Shown here: piece by piece, positions 8,099 to 17,197 of the stretch
Layout of the letters: each line of letters opens with the position of its first letter
Numbering within the stretch: position 1 is the stretch's first letter
Assembly: GCA_903899145.1 (NCBI GenBank)
Contig: CAIUHY010000120.1
Location: forward strand, 1 to 30,501
Reading direction: 5' to 3'
DNA length: 30,501 bases
Source of the DNA: an uncultured Actinomycetes bacterium
Lineage (GTDB): Bacteria > Actinomycetota > Actinomycetes > Nanopelagicales > Nanopelagicaceae
Notes under the pieces: generated by a model
The model's database searches: none
The model's input: the letters and a program-made list of their open reading frames with translations, nothing else
Told to the model about the DNA's origin: nothing
Translations under genes and position numbers: made by a program

Positions 8099-9734
8099 AA
8101 AGAACCTCATCAGCATCAATAATTCGGTAGGCATATCCCTGCTCGGCTAAGAAGCGTTGTCTATTTTGTGCAAAGTCTTGATCAACCGTGTCTCTTGCGA
8201 CAAGAGAATAAAAGCGAGCCCCACGTCCATCAGCCTTAGGTCTTAAAATACGTCCTAAACGTTGTGCCTCTTCCTGCCGAGATCCAAATGTCCCTGAAAC
8301 TTGAATTGCAATTGTTGCATCAGGTAAATCAATTGAAAAGTTTGCAACTTTAGATACAACCAAGCATTTAATCTCACCCGCCCTATAAAGATTAAACAGG
8401 CGCTCTCGCTCTTTAACTGGCGTGTCTCCTTTAATTACTGGAACACCCAATTCTTCACCCAGAGCATCGAGTTGATCAATATATTGTCCAATGACAAGAA
8501 CTTGATCCTCAGAATGCTGTCTTGCAAGTGCAACGGCAACCTTACGCTTTGTAAGGGTGGTCGAGCAAAAACGATATCGATCTTCTTGTTCAGCTGTTGC
8601 ATAGTTCAAACGCTCTTCTTCAGTCAGTGTTACACGCACTTCAACGCAGTCTGCCGGAGCGATATAGCCCTGTGACTCAATTTCTTTCCAAGGTACGTCA
8701 AAACGTTTTGGACCGATCAGAGAGAATACTTCGCCTTCCATTCCATCTTCTCGCACAAGAGTTGCAGTTAAACCAAGACGACGACGAGATTGAATGTCAG
8801 CAGTAAACCTAAAAATAGGTGCAGGTAAGAGGTGTACTTCATCGTAAATGATTAGACCCCAGTCGATCGCATCAAATAAATCGAGGTGGGCGTATACCCC
8901 ACCTCGGCGCATAGTCATCACCTGGTATGTTGCAATAGTTACTGGTCGAATCTCTTTCTTAGCGCCAGAGTATTCACCAATCTCATCTTCGTGCAGAGTC
9001 GTCCGGCGTAATAACTCATCACGCCACTGTCTAGCTGCAACAGTATTTGTTACAAGTATAAGTGTTGTTGCTTTTGCATGTGCCATTGCTGCTGCACCGA
9101 CGATTGTTTTTCCTGCACCGCAAGGGAGTACTACAACACCTGATCCACCATGCCAAAAGCCTTCTGCCGCCATTGATTGGTATTTGCGGATCGACCAGCC
9201 TTCTTCACGAAGAGCAATTTCATGATGTTGGCCATCAACGTACCCAGCAAAGTCTTCTGCAGGCCAACCAAGTTTTAACAACGCCTGCTTGAGGAATCCA
9301 CGTTGCCCAGGATGTACAACAATAGTTTCATCATCTAGTTGTAGCCCAAGCATGGGAGCAACTTTCTTTCCACGTGTAACTTCTCTCAGTACTGCTGGGT
9401 CATTTGAGACCAGTATTAATCCATGAACTGGGTGTGCTTCAAGTCGTAGACGTCCATATCTGGACATTGTTTCTGCGATATCAACTAGTAATGCATGGGG
9501 GACAGCAAAACGTGAGTATTTAAGCAAAGTATCTACTACTTGCTCTGCATCATGACCAGCAGCTCGTGCGTTCCATAAACCAAGTGGCGTAAGTCTGTAT
9601 GTGTGAATGTGTTCCGGAGATTTTTCTAACTCAGCAAATGGGGCTATTGCCCGTCGGCATTCATCTGAAAGAGGATGGTCAATATCAAGTAATAGGGTTT
9701 TATCACTTTGAACAATTAATGGTCCATCACTCAC
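8088..9734 (-). CDS. Bacterial XPB/Ssl2 (ERCC3-like) SF2 DNA helicase
   Basis: N-terminal Helicase_C_3-type domain, Walker A VLPCGAGKT, DEVH, GLTAT and QRLGRILRPK. Typical of the Rv0861c family. Confidence 0.94.
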   Translation of the reverse strand: MSDGPLIVQSDKTLLLDIDHPLSDECRRAIAPFAELEKSPEHIHTYRLTPLGLWNARAAGHDAEQVVDTLLKYSRFAVPHALLVDIAETMSRYGRLRLEAHPVHGLILVSNDPAVLREVTRGKKVAPMLGLQLDDETIVVHPGQRGFLKQALLKLGWPAEDFAGYVDGQHHEIALREEGWSIRKYQSMAAEGFWHGGSGVVVLPCGAGKTIVGAAAMAHAKATTLILVTNTVAARQWRDELLRRTTLHEDEIGEYSGAKKEIRPVTIATYQVMTMRRGGVYAHLDLFDAIDWGLIIYDEVHLLPAPIFRFTADIQSRRRLGLTATLVREDGMEGEVFSLIGPKRFDVPWKEIESQGYIAPADCVEVRVTLTEEERLNYATAEQEDRYRFCSTTLTKRKVAVALARQHSEDQVLVIGQYIDQLDALGEELGVPVIKGDTPVKERERLFNLYRAGEIKCLVVSKVANFSIDLPDATIAIQVSGTFGSRQEEAQRLGRILRPKADGRGARFYSLVARDTVDQDFAQNRQRFLAEQGYAYRIIDADEVLSKE

Positions 9735-10803
9735 TAATGAGCTCCTTAATAAATACTGCTAATAGTGAAATTCGGTCTGAAACAGTTGATGCCAAAATAT
9801 GCTCGTGTGTTGCATGGGCGCCATCGCCTGTTGCACCTAGCCCATCAAGAGTTGGCGCGCCCGCAGCAGCCGCGAAGTTTCCATCACTTGCTCCACCGAC
9901 ACTCGCGGAACCAACTAGAGGCATACCCATCTTTTTTGCTGTGGATTCTAGTTTTTCATAAAGCTTTTGAGTTGCTGTAGTTTCAAGCGGAGGTCTATTT
10001 ATTCCACCTGTGATTTCAATCTGAGCATCTGGGTGCTTTGGCTTTAAAGCCCTCACAGCAGAATCTAAACGCTCGAGTTCTGCTAGTGAAAAGGATCGCG
10101 AATCAATATCTAGCGTTGCAAGAGCAGGAACAGTATTTGTTGTCGTTCCAGATTCAAGCCTGGTCGGAACAATTGTTGTTCCATGCTCAGGATTAGCTAG
10201 TTTTGCTATTTGAGTAATAATTTCGGCAATCTCAACTGTTGCATTAATACCCTTCTCTGGTTCAAGACCAGCATGTGAAGCACGTCCGTGAATTTTAATC
10301 TGATACATGGATGTACCTTTTCGCCCCACTTTTACTTTTCCGTTGAGCGATGATTCCAAGACGAGTACAGCTTTAGCATCCTTAGAGACACGGGTTATAA
10401 GCTCACGAGAGCTCTTACTTCCAGTTTCTTCATCACTGGTAGCTATGAGCGCAACGCTTTTGTGAGCATTTGAATTTTCTTTAAGTGCGTATAAAGCTTG
10501 AAGAAATCCTGCTTTCATATCAAAAATTCCAGGACCACTGATTTTGTCACCATCTACTTTCCAAAGCGGCGTAAATGAATCAATAGGCCAAACAGTATCT
10601 AGATGAGCAAGTAGAACTACTTTAGGATTCTTAGAACCCCACCAAAAAACAGGGCGACCTGACTCAATGATTATCTCAGATTCACCGGGCAAGTTATCTT
10701 CTGCAATCTTTTTCGCTACTTCCATAACTTTCTGGCAAGCCGCCAAATCCTCAGTAGGAGATTGGCATTCCACCAGCTTTTGTAAGTCAGCGAGAAATGT
10801 CAT
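9727..10803 (-). CDS. M20 family metallopeptidase (carboxypeptidase G2-like)
   Basis: LAHLDTVW, GPGIFDMKAG, SDEETGS, VLES, HAGLEP, GGASDGN and GAHATHE metal-ligand motifs. Confidence 0.9.
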   Translation of the reverse strand: MTFLADLQKLVECQSPTEDLAACQKVMEVAKKIAEDNLPGESEIIIESGRPVFWWGSKNPKVVLLAHLDTVWPIDSFTPLWKVDGDKISGPGIFDMKAGFLQALYALKENSNAHKSVALIATSDEETGSKSSRELITRVSKDAKAVLVLESSLNGKVKVGRKGTSMYQIKIHGRASHAGLEPEKGINATVEIAEIITQIAKLANPEHGTTIVPTRLESGTTTNTVPALATLDIDSRSFSLAELERLDSAVRALKPKHPDAQIEITGGINRPPLETTATQKLYEKLESTAKKMGMPLVGSASVGGASDGNFAAAAGAPTLDGLGATGDGAHATHEHILASTVSDRISLLAVFIKELISE

Positions 10804-10836
10804 GGTAGTAGTCTGCCGTAATTCGCATCAACCTGG

Positions 10837-12990
10837 TTATTCATTAGCCACACCCACGCCTGTTATGCGGGGAATTCGGAAATGGGTGATCTCTCCAGTG
10901 GCATGGTCGCGAGCAACTAAGGTTCCAAGTGAGATTGAAAGTGGATCGATAAGCCGGTTTGAAACGCCACCATTTGTATCTGCATATCCGATTGTTAGTC
11001 TTACTCGCTCTTCAATATATTGATGAAGCAACTCGACAGTTTCATTCGCTGTTGTTCTTGGAATATCACGAGGCTTATGTGAACTTGCCTTCTCCCCAGC
11101 TTGTAGGGCTTTTACCGCAGAGTTAATTACTGCTTGAGTGGGTATTGATATTTCACTTACCACTCTAGGAGGCTTTGGCCTAGATTTTGCGCGACGAATA
11201 AGAGGCGCAGAAATTAGAACACCAGTTGCGTTTTCTGCAGCCGGCAAATAACCAGCTTCGCGCAGTGAATTCATTAATTCATTGATCTCGATATCTGAAA
11301 CCAATACTTGCGGGGCAAGTTTGCGCATTTGTAGCGGTTCAAGTTTTTTGTCATGGAGAATCTCAGCAATAAGTCCTTCATCTTCACAACGCAGATATGT
11401 GTGGGCATTTCCAACACGTAATCTGCCATGACGTTTTGCAACATCAGTTATTAGGTATTCAAGTGGCTGAGGAATAGGTGTTTTAGAAGTTTTTTTGAGA
11501 AAATCTAGAATGTAATTTCCAGTTTGCCCATGATCTAAACCTCGACGGATAGAGGCTTCGTTAAATCGATAAACAGTTGCCCCACCACGACTTTCAATAT
11601 CCGCAATTGTTCCAATTGCATTTGCTAGTTCAATAGTGAGTGGGCCAGGTGCGATTGCGCTGTTATCTGCTTGGATTAAAATATGATCAACTGGTTTTGG
11701 AAGAGCAGTTTCTATTCCAAGATCTTGATTATTAAGCAAAGCGATTCCAAAGCTTGAGATAGCTCCTTGTCCTGTGATGCCAAGCCATTCAGCTTCTCGT
11801 AATATCCACTCAACATAGTCAGAGTTAGCTCTCGTAGGGGTGAGCCATTGAATACATATATTTACAGAATCAATTGAAGGATCTAACTCTAAGTTTTTCT
11901 CCAGCAATTCAAGAGTATTTCTTTTAATAAGACTAACACCTGCTCTATCAAGCTCAGGACCTAGTGCCGAAATGTTTTTATTCTCTGTTTTTCCAATAAG
12001 CCCACTCATGCGCGATGTTTCAAGCCACAGAGAAGCAATTGCATGCCATCGTTCTTCAATACTGCGTGTAAGCCAAATATCAAAAGCATTTGTAGGCATA
12101 ATCTGATCATCTGTATCGATCACAATTAATCCAGCAATAAATAAAAGTTCAGCAACAAAAGCCGCGCAACTTTCAGATATTCCTAAGTGTTCAGAAGTGC
12201 GCTTTAAGTCCCTTACGCCCAGCCCGCCAGATTTCAAGCCCACAGGGGGTTCATCTGACCAGTTATGAGCTAATTCTTCACACCATCTAATAAAGGTTCC
12301 AATATTGGCAATTGCTGCCAAATTAATATCTTTTTGCTTCCTCGAAGTGCCAGTAATGGTTGGCTCTATCGCCTGGAGCTCTTTGAAGACTTTTCCTTCT
12401 CTAAAGTGAAGCGCTACTTCCCTTGGTAGCAAAACAGTTTGTGAGTCAAAAGGAATAAGAAAATTATTTGTTATAAGCCACTTAATTGCTGGAGGTGCCT
12501 TCTTTACATCAGTGACTTGTCCTTTTGGTGGTCCCCAAACCATACGTTGCAATAAATCAGTCGCTCCTTTTGGTGCTTCTTCAAGTAGTGAAAAATCAAT
12601 TTTCTTTGTAGTAGTTGGGCCAAGTCCTGCGGGATGCTCTCCTATCGCAACTCTTACATTGCTTGGAACTCGATAGTGCTCGCCGTCTTTATAAATAAGT
12701 GCCCGTTGCCATAACGAAAGAACAGCCGGCTTGGCATCCTTACTTGTCATGCTCAGTACTTCCATGCGAGAAATAGGATCCCCAAGTGTGCAGATCGCAG
12801 TCAGTATGTCTATTTCCCATTTATTAAGTGCATCCCGAGCGCGCATCACACTTGGCATTGAATTTGCTCGCGCAGCAAGTGCTGACATGTCAGGTGGGAC
12901 AGGGGAGATGAGGTCTGGACGCAAAGTAAAGAGCAGAGCGATTTCACTCTCTGCACGCATGCGTAGCTCATCAGCTAATGAATAAGACAT
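10837..12990 (-). CDS. XPB-associated protein (Rv0862c-like) with Helicase_C_3 domain and C-terminal WYL-like domain
   Basis: Domain ILIQADNS...YRF...IPQPLEYLITDVAKRHGRLRV (about 11412-11692). C-terminus with YADTNGGVSNRLIDP...FRIPRI (WYL-like). Located upstream of XPB. Confidence 0.85.
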   Translation of the reverse strand: MSYSLADELRMRAESEIALLFTLRPDLISPVPPDMSALAARANSMPSVMRARDALNKWEIDILTAICTLGDPISRMEVLSMTSKDAKPAVLSLWQRALIYKDGEHYRVPSNVRVAIGEHPAGLGPTTTKKIDFSLLEEAPKGATDLLQRMVWGPPKGQVTDVKKAPPAIKWLITNNFLIPFDSQTVLLPREVALHFREGKVFKELQAIEPTITGTSRKQKDINLAAIANIGTFIRWCEELAHNWSDEPPVGLKSGGLGVRDLKRTSEHLGISESCAAFVAELLFIAGLIVIDTDDQIMPTNAFDIWLTRSIEERWHAIASLWLETSRMSGLIGKTENKNISALGPELDRAGVSLIKRNTLELLEKNLELDPSIDSVNICIQWLTPTRANSDYVEWILREAEWLGITGQGAISSFGIALLNNQDLGIETALPKPVDHILIQADNSAIAPGPLTIELANAIGTIADIESRGGATVYRFNEASIRRGLDHGQTGNYILDFLKKTSKTPIPQPLEYLITDVAKRHGRLRVGNAHTYLRCEDEGLIAEILHDKKLEPLQMRKLAPQVLVSDIEINELMNSLREAGYLPAAENATGVLISAPLIRRAKSRPKPPRVVSEISIPTQAVINSAVKALQAGEKASSHKPRDIPRTTANETVELLHQYIEERVRLTIGYADTNGGVSNRLIDPLSISLGTLVARDHATGEITHFRIPRITGVGVANE

Positions 12991-13034
12991 AACTGCCCTA
13001 CATTACTGGAGTTTTGTCACCCCTATTTACAGGT

Positions 13035-13805
13035 CTACCTTTTTTTCCAGCTTCGAGGGGAGATGAGCGTTGTTACCTTCATAGCACGGCTAAGAGTGGG
13101 GGCAATAATTTTTTTGAATATGCGGCCCCGGCGGAAGTCATGTATTGGCCAGTTATTTCGTAGGGCATGAATTTGTAACTGGGCATCAGGATTGATAGCT
13201 CTTGGATATCCAACCGTGCTGAGCAATGGAATGTCGTAATGACTATCTGAGTATGCATAAGAATGAGCTAAATCAATATTATTTTCAAGCGCTAACTTCT
13301 TTACTGCTATCGCTTTATTAGGGCCATGCAGAAGTTGTCCAATTAATTTGCCCGTGTAGACACCTTCTTTGACTTCTGCAATCGTCCCAAGCGCACCAGT
13401 AAAGCCAAGTCTTTCTGCAATGAGGTTTGCAAGGTCAAGAGGAGTGGCTGTTACTAACCAAACTTCTTCATTATTTTTTAGATGCTCATTTGCAATTTCA
13501 ATTGTTCCTTGCCATAAAGCTGGAGATACATATTCGTCATAAACTTCAATACCCATCTTCTCGATCACATCCGCCCTGTGCCCCCGGAAGAATTCACAGG
13601 CAGAGGCCTGAATTTTCGCGATCTCTTCCATATTTTCGTTTCCTGAGAGCCGGTATCGAATATTGGCCATGACAAAATTGGAGATATCTTTCTTTGTGAA
13701 GAATCCACGCTGGTACATACCTCGACTCAAGAAGAAAAGTGAGGAACCCCTCATCAATGTGTTGTCTACATCAAAGAAAGCGACTCGCTTTTGGGTAACC
13801 GCCAT
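13035..13805 (-). CDS. HAD-IB family hydrolase (SerB1/Rv0505c-like)
   Basis: Motif I FFDVDNTL, motif II WLVTAT, Lys in GPNKA, motif IV AYSDSHYDIPLL. Confidence 0.9.
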   Translation of the reverse strand: MAVTQKRVAFFDVDNTLMRGSSLFFLSRGMYQRGFFTKKDISNFVMANIRYRLSGNENMEEIAKIQASACEFFRGHRADVIEKMGIEVYDEYVSPALWQGTIEIANEHLKNNEEVWLVTATPLDLANLIAERLGFTGALGTIAEVKEGVYTGKLIGQLLHGPNKAIAVKKLALENNIDLAHSYAYSDSHYDIPLLSTVGYPRAINPDAQLQIHALRNNWPIHDFRRGRIFKKIIAPTLSRAMKVTTLISPRSWKKR

Positions 13806-13838
13806 GTCATTACTTTAGCCCTCGCTTATGCTTATCTC
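13806..13838. promoter_or_regulatory. Back-to-back divergent leaderless promoters in 33 bp
   Basis: TAAAGT (-, 13817-13812) + 6 nt + ATG 13805. TATGCT (+, 13827-13832) + 6 nt + ATG 13839. Confidence 0.7.
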
Positions 13839-14462
13839 ATGCCCGCCACCATTCACTTCCTGCGTCATGGCGAAGTCCATAACCCTGAAAAAATTCTCTA
13901 TGGGCGTCAACCCGGTTGGTATTTATCTGAGCGTGGTCACGAGATGGCGAAGACGGTTGCAGAATGGTCAAATAAATTTGATATCGGCGCAGTACACGCC
14001 TCTCCGCTACAAAGAGCGCAAGAGACCGCAACCCCACTTGCCTCCGCACACCATTTACAAATTACAACCGATCAGAAACTCATAGAAGCATCAAATATTT
14101 TTGAAGGTAAAAAATTTGAATTAGGTTCAGGAGTTTTGCTGCATCCTGCGTCATGGAAGCATTTAGTTAATCCATGGAAACCATCATGGGGTGAGCCTTA
14201 TAGCGAGCAGATATCAAGGATGCTTGGAAGTTTATTTGAGGCGAGAGACGCCGCCAATGGCAAAGATGCATTTTGCGTTTCACATCAGTTACCTATTTGG
14301 ATTTTACGTTCTGCAGTTGAAGGCCGCAGGTTGATTCATGATCCACGTAAAAGAGAGTGCACATTAGCTTCGATTACAAGTTTTCATCTTGACAGTGAAG
14401 GGGCAATCGAAGGAGTTAGTTATTCAGAACCTGCTAAGCATTTATTGCCGGTAAAAAAATAA
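13839..14462 (+). CDS. Histidine phosphatase family protein (Rv0525-like), 207 aa; start corrected to ATG 13839
   Basis: RHGE motif, SPLQRAQET, VSHQLPI. Customary first gene of the actinobacterial ccs cluster. Confidence 0.9.
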   Translation: MPATIHFLRHGEVHNPEKILYGRQPGWYLSERGHEMAKTVAEWSNKFDIGAVHASPLQRAQETATPLASAHHLQITTDQKLIEASNIFEGKKFELGSGVLLHPASWKHLVNPWKPSWGEPYSEQISRMLGSLFEARDAANGKDAFCVSHQLPIWILRSAVEGRRLIHDPRKRECTLASITSFHLDSEGAIEGVSYSEPAKHLLPVKK

Positions 14463-15031
14463 TGCAAAGAAAAATACTATCGGCAATTGTAATTTTCTCA
14501 ACTGCCTTATTACTGACCAGCTGTTCCACAGGTGGCATCTCCAAAGCAAGCCAAAGTGCATTTATTGAAGGTAATGGTGTTGCAGTTTACGTAAAATCAG
14601 ATGCCCGTAAACTTTCTCCAATAATTTCTGGTGCCACCCTTTCAAATGGAAATATTTCACTAGCACATAACAAAGTAACTGTTTTAAACATATGGGCATC
14701 GTGGTGCGCCCCTTGCAGGGCAGAGGCACCACTTCTCTCTGATTTTTCACAAAAATATTCTGCTCAAGGTGTGCAGTTCGCAGGAATTCTTACTCGGGAT
14801 AACGCATCCTCAGCTCTTGCATTTACTCAACGATTTAAAATTTTATACCCAGTTTTTACAGATGACTCAATTCTTGCTTCCTTTCGCAATTCATTAGTGC
14901 CAAATGCGATACCTACCACTTTAATCATCGATGCACACGGCTATGTGGCAGCAAGAGTAAGCGGTGAAGTAACTACCGCATTGCTTACTGATTTAATTAT
15001 GCGTGTACTTAAGGACGCTCCTCATGCATAA
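14462..15031 (+). CDS. resA: ResA/TlpA-family thiol-disulfide oxidoreductase, lipoprotein
   Basis: Lipobox [27 protein letters not shown] coupling to the upstream gene. Confidence 0.88.
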   Translation: MQRKILSAIVIFSTALLLTSCSTGGISKASQSAFIEGNGVAVYVKSDARKLSPIISGATLSNGNISLAHNKVTVLNIWASWCAPCRAEAPLLSDFSQKYSAQGVQFAGILTRDNASSALAFTQRFKILYPVFTDDSILASFRNSLVPNAIPTTLIIDAHGYVAARVSGEVTTALLTDLIMRVLKDAPHA

Positions 15032-15755
15032 CTTTTTCGTTGATCAGATCTTTAGTGGTAACTTGATTCTTGCTATGGTTGTTGCCCTGATCGCTGGCGT
15101 TATTTCCTTCTTTTCACCATGTGTATTGCCATTGGTACCTGGCTATCTTGCCTATTCAGCAGGCATGACTGATGTAAAAAATAAGAAGCGAACTGCCCTA
15201 GGAGCCGTACTTTTTGTGAGTGGATTTTCCATTCTATTTATCAGCTATGGCGCTCTGTTCGGATCACTTGGATCAAAGATTGCAAATGGATCCAGGTGGT
15301 TATCTGTTCTTCTTGGAGCACTCACAATTTGTATGGGAGTAATTTTCCTCTTTAATCAGAAGTTTTATCGATCATTTAAACCACAATGGAAGTCGACAGC
15401 AGGACTAGTTGGTGCACCACTTTTAGGTTTTTTATTTGGTATCGGGTGGACGCCTTGCATTGGTCCAACACTTGGGGCAGTCCAAGCACTCTCATTTCAA
15501 AGCTCTAGTGCTCTCCGTGGGGCAATTCTCTCGGTCGCATATTGCTTTGGTATCGGTGTTCCATTTATTTTAGTTGGAGTTTTCTTTGATCAATCAGCGA
15601 AACTTCGCCGCTTTATTTCCAAACGGGGAAATTTACTGACGATATTTGGTGGAATATTCCTTATCGTCATCGGACTACTGCAGGTTACCGGCGTATGGCT
15701 GCATTTAATTAATTCTTTACGTTCACTTATCTCAAACTTTATTCCGGTCGTGTGA
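15024..15755 (+). CDS. ccdA: Cytochrome c biogenesis protein CcdA (DsbD-like), start corrected to ATG 15024
   Basis: [12 protein letters not shown] and [10 protein letters not shown] with the two catalytic Cys, six hydrophobic segments. AAGGA SD at 15011-15015. Confidence 0.93.
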   Translation: MHNFFVDQIFSGNLILAMVVALIAGVISFFSPCVLPLVPGYLAYSAGMTDVKNKKRTALGAVLFVSGFSILFISYGALFGSLGSKIANGSRWLSVLLGALTICMGVIFLFNQKFYRSFKPQWKSTAGLVGAPLLGFLFGIGWTPCIGPTLGAVQALSFQSSSALRGAILSVAYCFGIGVPFILVGVFFDQSAKLRRFISKRGNLLTIFGGIFLIVIGLLQVTGVWLHLINSLRSLISNFIPVV

Positions 15756-17197
15756 TGGGATTCTTTGCAACTATTCGCTGGGCTTGGCGCCAGTTAACAA
15801 GCATGAGAACAGCTTTGATACTTCTCATGCTCCTTGGTGTTGCTGCAATTCCTGGCTCACTTTTCCCTCAGCGCAATCAAAACCCACAGAAAGTTGATCA
15901 GTACTTTGTCAGTGACCCAACTTTGGCCCACTGGATGGATCGCATAAAGCTTTTTAATGTGTATGCGTCTCCATGGTTTAGTGCCATCTATCTGCTTCTC
16001 TTTATTTCACTTATTGGTTGTGTTTTACCACGAACAATTAATCACCTCAAGGCAATTGGAAATAAGCCTCCTCTTACACCAAAAAATCTTGACTATATGG
16101 AGGGTTTTAGGGTTGTTGAGCAGACGAATGATGTTGCACTCAAGAACGCTAAAGTTTGGTTTAAAAAGAACCGTTTCCGAATTCGAGTTGAAGGTAACTC
16201 GATCTCTGCCGAAAAGGGATATGGGCGGGAGACAGGTAATCTACTTTTCCACCTGTCATTAGTACTGATTTTAATAGGCGTTGCTCTTGGTTCACTTTTT
16301 GGCAGTAAAGGTGAAGCAATCGTGAATGTTGGCGAGAGGTTTGTAAATACTCCAACGTCTTATGACACACTCTCATTTGGCAAGTTTCAAGGGCAGGGCT
16401 CACTTGTTCCATTTGAATTAAAAGTTACAGATTTTGCTGCTAAATATAATGCTGTTACAAGTATGCCTGAGGATTACACCCTTACGACTTTTGCTTCTTA
16501 TCCGATTGGCAGCTCACCAAAGAGCGTTATTATCAAAGTAAATAAACCTCTAACGTATGGAAATACAAAGATTTATTTACAAGCAAACGGGTATTCTCCT
16601 GTTGTCTCAATACGCAACAAGTCCGGAGTAGTCACTTTTCATGGTCCTGTGATTTTTCTTCCACAAGATGCCAACCTAAGTTCAATCGGAGCAATCAAGG
16701 TTCCAGACATGAGCCCTCAGATCGGATTCATTGCTAGTTTCTTGCCTACCGCAAAAAGTAGCGCGACTCGAGGAGTTTTTTCCTCGTATCCAGAAGTCTT
16801 AAACCCAGAGCTAGTTATTTCTGTATGGCAAGGCAACCTTGGGCTTGATTCTGGTAATCCACAGTCAGTTTATGAACTCAATACATCTCAGCTGAAGAAA
16901 ATTGGGCTACACGCTCTTAACTTAGGCGACACATATAACTTTGGTGTCGGTTCAATTACCTTTGAAGGTTGGAAATCTTGGGTCAACCTTCAGATCGTCG
17001 ATGATCCTGGAAAGACGTATGCACTATTTGGCGCAATTTTTGCAATATTAGGGTTACTGATCTCACTCTTCACACGCCAGAGAAGAATTTGGGTAAAGGT
17101 GGGTACTCGTGTTGAAATTGCGGGTCTTGCGAAGAATGGCGTCCCAGGACTTAGCCAAGAGCTTGATGATTTGCAGAGAAAGGTAGAGCAAGGATGA
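15755..17197 (+). CDS. resB: Cytochrome c biogenesis protein ResB (Ccs1/CcsB-type); start ATG 15755 or GTG 15752
   Basis: LTSMRTALILL, GSLFPQ, Y.SPWF, conserved LFHLSL His, large extracytoplasmic loop and C-terminal TM. Located between ccdA and ccsA. Confidence 0.9.
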   Translation: MGFFATIRWAWRQLTSMRTALILLMLLGVAAIPGSLFPQRNQNPQKVDQYFVSDPTLAHWMDRIKLFNVYASPWFSAIYLLLFISLIGCVLPRTINHLKAIGNKPPLTPKNLDYMEGFRVVEQTNDVALKNAKVWFKKNRFRIRVEGNSISAEKGYGRETGNLLFHLSLVLILIGVALGSLFGSKGEAIVNVGERFVNTPTSYDTLSFGKFQGQGSLVPFELKVTDFAAKYNAVTSMPEDYTLTTFASYPIGSSPKSVIIKVNKPLTYGNTKIYLQANGYSPVVSIRNKSGVVTFHGPVIFLPQDANLSSIGAIKVPDMSPQIGFIASFLPTAKSSATRGVFSSYPEVLNPELVISVWQGNLGLDSGNPQSVYELNTSQLKKIGLHALNLGDTYNFGVGSITFEGWKSWVNLQIVDDPGKTYALFGAIFAILGLLISLFTRQRRIWVKVGTRVEIAGLAKNGVPGLSQELDDLQRKVEQG

